This document shows positions 58,599 to 64,000 of a stretch of 64,000 bases of DNA, one piece after another; position 1 is the stretch's first letter; every line of letters begins with the position of its first letter. A model generated the notes under the pieces. The model was not told the origin of the DNA, did not search any database, and saw nothing but the letters and a program-made list of their open reading frames with translations. A program made the translations under genes and the position numbers. Origin of the DNA: Anaeromyxobacteraceae bacterium (lineage in GTDB: Bacteria; Myxococcota; Myxococcia; Myxococcales; Anaeromyxobacteraceae). Location of the stretch: assembly GCA_047602405.1 (NCBI GenBank), contig JASGHJ010000002.1, positions 416,001 through 480,000 on the forward strand. The letters run 5' to 3'.

Positions 58599-59429
58599 CT
58601 ACGCGCGGGCGTCGAGGAACTTCTGGAGCGCGGCCCGCACGCGGTGCTCCACGTCGGGCGGGACCGGCTGGTCCTCGCCGGCCCGCTGGCAGAGCGTGAG
58701 GGTGGAGCGCAGCGAGTCGCAGCGGCCCCTGCAGTGGGGGCACCGCTTCAGGTGCTCCTCGAGCTCGGCGCACGCGCTCCCGTCGATCTCGCCCTCCATC
58801 CGGCGCGAGAAGATCTCGACCACGTCCCGGCAGCCGGGGCCGGCCGGCGCGGCGGAGGCGTCGGGGACGCCCAGCGCGGGGGCGACCGACTCCCGCACGG
58901 CGACCCGGGCGCGGTGGAGGCGGCTCTTCACGGCGTCGACCGTGAGCCCGAGCGTCTCGGCGACCTCGTTCGCGGACAGCCCCTCGACGTCGCGCAGGAC
59001 GAGCACCTCGCGGTAGCCCTCCTCGAGGTTCGAGATCGCACCGTCGAGCGCGTCCTGCAGCTCCTTGCCGGCGGCGGTCTCCTCCGGCGTGCGGGACGGG
59101 TCGGGCACCGCGTGCGCGCGCTCGGCCTGGTCGTCGAGGGAGTCGACGTGCCGGGGCGCGAACTTGCTGGTGCGGCGCCGCTTGATGCAGAAGCTCCGCG
59201 CGATCGTGTAGAGCCAGGTGGAGACGGAGGACGCGCCGCGGAAGTCGGGCAGCGTGCGCGCCGCGGCGAGCAGCGTCTCCTGCAGGACGTCGGCGGCGTC
59301 CTCCTCGTCGCCGCACATCCTCCGCCCGAAGCGGAAGACCTGCCCCTGGTGACGGGAGAGCAGCTCCTCGAGGGCACGGCGGTCACCGGCCCGGGCGGCG
59401 GCGACGAGCGCGGCGTCGTTGCTCTGCAT
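58599..59429 (-). CDS. ECF sigma factor with fused C-terminal zinc-finger (ZAS-like) domain
   Basis: D.LQET, STWLYTIAR, region 4 REVLVLRDVEGLS...VKSRLHRAR; HLKRCPHC. Confidence 0.9.
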   Translation of the reverse strand: MQSNDAALVAAARAGDRRALEELLSRHQGQVFRFGRRMCGDEEDAADVLQETLLAAARTLPDFRGASSVSTWLYTIARSFCIKRRRTSKFAPRHVDSLDDQAERAHAVPDPSRTPEETAAGKELQDALDGAISNLEEGYREVLVLRDVEGLSANEVAETLGLTVDAVKSRLHRARVAVRESVAPALGVPDASAAPAGPGCRDVVEIFSRRMEGEIDGSACAELEEHLKRCPHCRGRCDSLRSTLTLCQRAGEDQPVPPDVEHRVRAALQKFLDARA

Positions 59430-59477
59430 GCGCCGCAGCCTTAGCCGAACCCCGCGGCCAAGACAACCCGGGCGGGC

Positions 59478-60008
59478 TCAGAGGAGGAGCCGGAGCAGCA
59501 TCCCCGCGGTCGAGGTGTACCCCGCGACCGAGCGCTTCACGCGGCCCTCGCGGTCGAGGAAGTACACCGTCGGGAAAGCCTCCACGCGGAACGCCTTCAC
59601 CGTGGCGTCGTCCGCGAGGAGGACCGGGCCGGGGCCGCGAGCCTCCGGCGCGGCGCGCACCTCGGCCACGTCCTCGAACCCCGCGGCCACCTGGATCACC
59701 CGGGCGCGGTGGCCGGCGAGCCGGGCCACGCGCTCCACGTTGTCCGCCTGCGCCTTGCAGACGCCGCACCACGGCGCCCAGAACACGACCATCGCGGGCT
59801 TCCCGCGGAAGGACGCGAGCGAGACCGGCGCGCCGTCGAGGGCGGGCAGGGTGAGCTCGGGGGTGGTGCCCGCGTCGAGGTGGTGGCGGGCCTGGAACGC
59901 GCTCACCCCGAGGACGAGCGCGAGGACCCAGGCCACCTCGAGGGTGATCCTGCGCCACCGGCGCTGCCGGGGAGGGGCGGGGAGGGGCGGGGGCGGCGCG
60001 GTCGTCAC
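59478..60008 (-). CDS. TlpA-like membrane-anchored thioredoxin
   Basis: TM helix; FWAPWCGVC; FPT cis-Pro motif. Confidence 0.88.
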   Translation of the reverse strand: MTTAPPPPLPAPPRQRRWRRITLEVAWVLALVLGVSAFQARHHLDAGTTPELTLPALDGAPVSLASFRGKPAMVVFWAPWCGVCKAQADNVERVARLAGHRARVIQVAAGFEDVAEVRAAPEARGPGPVLLADDATVKAFRVEAFPTVYFLDREGRVKRSVAGYTSTAGMLLRLLL

Positions 60009-60056
60009 GGGGGTGAGAGCCTGGGCAGGGTCCCGGGGATGCGTCCCGGACGAGGG

Positions 60057-60563
60057 TCAGCGCACCGGGGCGGCGGCCCGGCCGAGCACGGCCCCGAGCC
60101 GCTCCAGGATCCCGAACAGCGCCTCGCAGTCGTCCCGCTCGAGCAGGGCGAGCAGCGCGGCCATGCGCTCGAGGATCCGCGCGTTCAGGGCCCGGTACGC
60201 GGCGGTCCCCTTGCGCTCGAGGTGGACCCGGACGACGCGCCGGTCGTCCTCGGCCCGCGCCCGGCGGGCGAGGCGCTCCCGCTCGAGGCGGTCGACGATG
60301 CCCGTCACGGCGCGCTCGGAGGAGCCGAGCCGCCGCGCGAGCTCCCCCATGGTGAGCGGCCCATCGCGGCCGATCCACATGAGCGCGTGGATCTGCACCG
60401 GGGTGAGCTGCATGTCCTCCACGACGCCCGCGACCGGGTCGCGCAGCGGGCTCCGCCGGCCGAGGGCGGAGAGCAGCTCGAGCAGCCGCTCCGCGTCGGC
60501 GAGGCGGCTGGACGAGATACTTTCCTTCGTGGATAATCCACGCATCCGGGGTATCGTTCCCAC
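60057..60563 (-). CDS. MarR-family transcriptional regulator
   Basis: LT..Q...L, TMGELA, T..VDRLE, DRRVVRV.L; exact start uncertain; CGTGGAT-A-ATCCACG palindrome at 60528-60542 near the 5' end. Confidence 0.85.
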   Translation of the reverse strand: MGTIPRMRGLSTKESISSSRLADAERLLELLSALGRRSPLRDPVAGVVEDMQLTPVQIHALMWIGRDGPLTMGELARRLGSSERAVTGIVDRLERERLARRARAEDDRRVVRVHLERKGTAAYRALNARILERMAALLALLERDDCEALFGILERLGAVLGRAAAPVR

Positions 60564-60595
60564 GCCGCGGACGGCCCGTCAAGGCGTCCCCGGCG

Positions 60596-61886
60596 ATGAA
60601 CCCCTCGCGCGCCACCAGGGCCCGCGTTAGGACACCCGCCGCCGCACCCGAGCCGCCTTTGAACCCCTTGAACGAGCTTTCGACCACCTCGACCGACGGC
60701 GCCGTGTGGCTCACGCTGCTGCCCGGGCTGCTCGCCGCCGCGTACTTCCTCGGGGCGCTGGCGGTGTTCTCGGTGGTCACGCTGGTCCGCGGGCTGCCGC
60801 GCGACGCCGAGGTCGGGCCGCGCGGGCGCACCGTCATCCTCGGCTACTACCTGCGCCACTACTTCTTCTGGGCGGTGAAGCCGCTCTGGGCGGTCGTGCT
60901 GAAGAAGCGGGCTGCCCGCGACCGGCATCACGATGCTCTCGGCGCTGCTCGGGGCGGCCTCGGGCTTCGCCGCGGCCTCCGGGCACTTCGCGCTCGCCGG
61001 CTGGGTGTTCCTCTTCTCCGGCATCCTCGACACGCTCGACGGCCGGGTCGCCCGCGCCCGCAACGAGGTGACGAAGGCCGGGTCGGCCATCGACTCGATC
61101 CTCGACCGCTACACCGACTCCGCCGCGCTCATCGGCCTCGCCTGGTATTACCGGGAGAGCTGGGTCCTCCTGCCCACGCTGCTCGCGCTCTTCGGCGGCT
61201 CGATGGTCCCGTACGTGCGCGCGAAGGGGGAGAGCCTCGGTGTCCCGGTCCGCGGTGGCCAGCTCCAGCGCGCCGAGCGCGTGCTCATCCTGGGCGGCGC
61301 GCTCGCCATCTCGCCGGCCATCGAGGCCGCGGTCGGCCACGTGCGGCCGACCCACGGCCTCGTCGTGACCGCGCTCGTGTTCCTCGCGGTGGGGTCCAAC
61401 GTGACCGCCATCGCCCGGCTGGTCGAGCTCCTCCGGGCGCTGCGCGGCCCGCGCCCGGCGGGGCAGCGGCGCTGGTCCACCCAGGTGCTGCTCGGCTCGG
61501 TGGCGGCGACGCTCGCCACGGTCTTCGACTACGGCATCGTCCTCGAGCTCGTCACGAAGATCGGCATGAAGCCCGCGCTCGCCACCGGGATCGGCGCCGC
61601 GGCGGGGGGCCTGCTCAACTTCCACCTGAACCGCGTCATCACCTACCGCGCCGCCGGCGCGCAGCTGCCGCAGGCCGCGCGCTACACCGTGGTGTCGGCG
61701 ATGAGCGCGCTCCTCAACTCGGGCGGCGTGGCGGTCCTCACGATGAACCCGCAGCTCGACTTCCGCGCGGCCTGGTGGATCGTGCGCGGCGCGGTGTTCC
61801 TGCTCTGGAACCTCCCGCTGCAGCGCATCTACGTGTTCCCGCCGGAGGCGGTCCCCGCCGAGGGCGAGGGCGATGCCGCGGCCTGA
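60596..61886 (+). CDS. CDP-alcohol phosphatidyltransferase fused to a GtrA-like domain (+1 frameshift at ~60905)
   Basis: D.LDGRVAR....T..G..IDS.LDRY.D signature; C-terminal GtrA-like four TM helices. Removing one A gives a 430-codon ORF; start uncertain. Confidence 0.82.
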
Positions 61887-62844
61887 CCTGGCGCTCGCGG
61901 CCGCCGCCGCCCTGTGGGCGGGGCCCGGGCCGGCCGTGGGCCCCCGCGACGCGCTCCGCCCGGAGCCCCTCGCCGAGGACGAGTACGTCGAGAGCTTCAC
62001 CTTCGTCGCGGACCTCGACGACGGCACCTACGTGCAGGTGCAGCTCGGGGTGACGAACATCGGGCCGGACGACCGGAACGGCTTCTGCCGCGCGTTCGTG
62101 CGCCGGCCCGGGGCCGACGCGTGGAGCGGCTCCGCCCGCGTGGGCCACCAGTGGGGGCACGGCCATCCTGCGGACGGCGGCGAGCGGCTCGACGTCGGCA
62201 CCTGCTCGGCCTCGACCGGCGCGGGGGGCACCGCGGTCCGGGCGACGCTGTCCGGCCGCACGGTCGAGCTCGCGTACCCGCAGCCGGCCGCGCCGCCCGA
62301 CGCGCCCGTGGCGGAGGTCGCCCTCGACGGCCGCCGCTACACGAGCTGGATCGTGCAGCCCGCCGGGGCCGCCTCCGTCCGGCTCGAGGGCTTCGGCGCC
62401 ACCGCCGCGCTCTCCGGCGGCGGCTTCGCCGACCACTCCCGCTCGAACGTGCCGTACCGCAAGCTCGCGCGGAGCTGGGTCCGCTTCCGCGCGCTCCGCG
62501 GGGAGCGGAAGGTGGTGGCCCTCGCGCGGCAGGCGCCCGACGGCGGCTGGACCCCGGCCTGGCTGCGGCGCGGCGACGGCCCGTCGCTGCCCCTCACCGG
62601 CGTGCAGGTGGCCCGGGGCGCGAGCGGGGCCTTCACGGTCGCCCTCGCGGGCGACCACGCGGGGCTGGTGAAGACGGTCTCGCCGGTGTACCGCTTCGCG
62701 TCGCTCTCCGAGCTCGGGCTCCTCGGCCGCATGGTCGCGCCCTTCGTGGGCAACTCGGTGACCTACACGCTCCGTGCGCGCCTCGAGCCGCCCGGCGAGG
62801 CCCCGATCGACGGCATCCTCGAGGTCTCGGTCTTCGAGGACTGA
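61873..62844 (+). CDS. Exported hypothetical beta-rich protein
   Basis: Signal-like N-terminus; YVESFTF, G..DHS, W..F pattern reminiscent of lipocalin/AttH-like folds (weak). Confidence 0.6.
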   Translation: MPRPDLALAAAAALWAGPGPAVGPRDALRPEPLAEDEYVESFTFVADLDDGTYVQVQLGVTNIGPDDRNGFCRAFVRRPGADAWSGSARVGHQWGHGHPADGGERLDVGTCSASTGAGGTAVRATLSGRTVELAYPQPAAPPDAPVAEVALDGRRYTSWIVQPAGAASVRLEGFGATAALSGGGFADHSRSNVPYRKLARSWVRFRALRGERKVVALARQAPDGGWTPAWLRRGDGPSLPLTGVQVARGASGAFTVALAGDHAGLVKTVSPVYRFASLSELGLLGRMVAPFVGNSVTYTLRARLEPPGEAPIDGILEVSVFED

Positions 62845-62859
62845 CCCCATGGGTTCCCC

Positions 62860-64000
62860 ATGAACGCCCTCCTCGCGCTCCCCTTCACGATCGTCTGCGG
62901 GGCCGTGGCGCTCGCGCCCGTCGCGGCCCGCGCCGAGGGCCCGGACCTCGGCGCGCGCGCCGTGCGGGTCGAGGGGCTCACGCTCGCCGACTGCGTCGCC
63001 CGCGCGCTCGAGCGCAACGGCCAGGTCGCCGAGCTGCAGGGGAAGGTGCGGGAGTGGGAGGCGAAGGCCGCCGAGGCCCGCTCGGTCTACTACCCGAAGC
63101 TCACCGCCACCGCGTTCGGCGCCCCCATCTACGCCGTGAAGGGCGACCAGCGCACCCTCGACGTGCACCGCGACTGGTCGGACTGGGGGCCGTACCTCCG
63201 CTTCGACGGGCTCCTCACCCAGCCGCTCAGCACCTTCGGCCGCGCCGAGGCCGGCGAGGACGCGGCCCGCGAGCGGGCCGCGGTCGAGCAGGGCGCGCTC
63301 GAGCTCGCCCGGCAGAAGGTCGCGCTCGACGTGCGCCGCTACTGGCTCCTCCACCTCTACGCGCGCAGCCTGCAGCCGCTCCTCGACTCGACCGCGAAGA
63401 CGCTCGGCGAGGCCCGCGCGAAGGCGAAGGAGCTCCAGGCGGAGGATGCGGCCTCGGTGTCGCTCGTGGACCTCATGCGGCTCGAGGTCGGCTGGGCGGA
63501 GCTCGAGAAGTACCGGGTGCAGGCGGAGATTGGCGCGGGCCTCTCGCTCGCCGCGCTGAAGCAGGCGATGGGCCTGCCGCCGGAGGCGCCGCTCGTGCTC
63601 GCCGACGCCGTGCTCCCGGCGGTGCCGCCGGAGCCCCTGCCGCCGCTCGAGGAGCTCGTGCGGCTCGCCCGCGAGCGCCGCCCCGAGGCGGCCCAGCTCG
63701 CGCACGGCAGGCGCGCCGCCGAGAGCCTCGCCCGCGCCGAGGCGAAGGCGGACCTCCCGGTCATGGCGCTCGTCGGCCAGCTCCAGGCGAGCTGGACGCC
63801 GAACCGCACCGACGCCGAGAACCCCTACGCGAACGATCCCTGGAACGACCTCTACGGCGGGGTCGCGCTCGCCTTCCGCTTCGACCTCGACCCGGCCCGC
63901 TCGCACGCCCGCGCCGAGGGCGCGCGCAGCCTCGCCGCGCAGGTCGAGGGCCTCGCCCGCGTCGCCGCCACGGGCATCCCGGTGGAGGTCCGCAAGGCCC
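62860..64000 (+). CDS. TolC-family outer-membrane efflux protein (3' truncated by the window)
   Basis: Open frame from ATG 62860: LTLADCVARALERN, YYPKL, QPLSTFG, ARERRPE motifs. Confidence 0.85.
   Translation, partial: MNALLALPFTIVCGAVALAPVAARAEGPDLGARAVRVEGLTLADCVARALERNGQVAELQGKVREWEAKAAEARSVYYPKLTATAFGAPIYAVKGDQRTLDVHRDWSDWGPYLRFDGLLTQPLSTFGRAEAGEDAARERAAVEQGALELARQKVALDVRRYWLLHLYARSLQPLLDSTAKTLGEARAKAKELQAEDAASVSLVDLMRLEVGWAELEKYRVQAEIGAGLSLAALKQAMGLPPEAPLVLADAVLPAVPPEPLPPLEELVRLARERRPEAAQLAHGRRAAESLARAEAKADLPVMALVGQLQASWTPNRTDAENPYANDPWNDLYGGVALAFRFDLDPARSHARAEGARSLAAQVEGLARVAATGIPVEVRKA

Overview
Very GC-rich bacterial window. The gene content (nap/nrf genes, several sigma-54 activators, multiheme cytochromes, Cys-rich lipoproteins, a MYXO-CTERM-like protein) suggests an Anaeromyxobacter-like myxobacterium; this taxonomy is inferred. 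About 52 CDSs are supported. They include housekeeping genes (purL, argG, a PatB-type C-S lyase, glycerate kinase, a UDPGP-family uridylyltransferase) and a complete nitrate-to-ammonium (DNRA) cluster: sensor kinase, NtrC-type regulator, tetraheme cytochrome c, napADGH and nrfHA. There is also a XylR/V4R-regulated porin + flavocytochrome c + tetraheme cytochrome + fused YjcH-ActP module, three hemerythrin-fold proteins, several large surface lipoproteins, and a DUF4382/TPR-barrel/two-component module. Main hunt results: (1) a lipoprotein-anchored homologue of the anthrax protective antigen/binary toxin B pore-former with no PA14 prodomain, no apparent Phe clamp and no neighbouring A subunit; (2) a palindromic REP-like element inserted in frame in purL; (3) six +1 frameshifts, all duplicating an adenine in GATC or GAAGAG, which suggests methylation-linked sequencing errors rather than pseudogenes; (4) a shared palindromic enhancer upstream of the sigma-54 promoters of nap and nrf; (5) an HTH/B12-like/hemerythrin regulator. 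No rRNA, tRNA, CRISPR array or transposase was recognised. All family calls come from motif recognition by eye, with no database searches.
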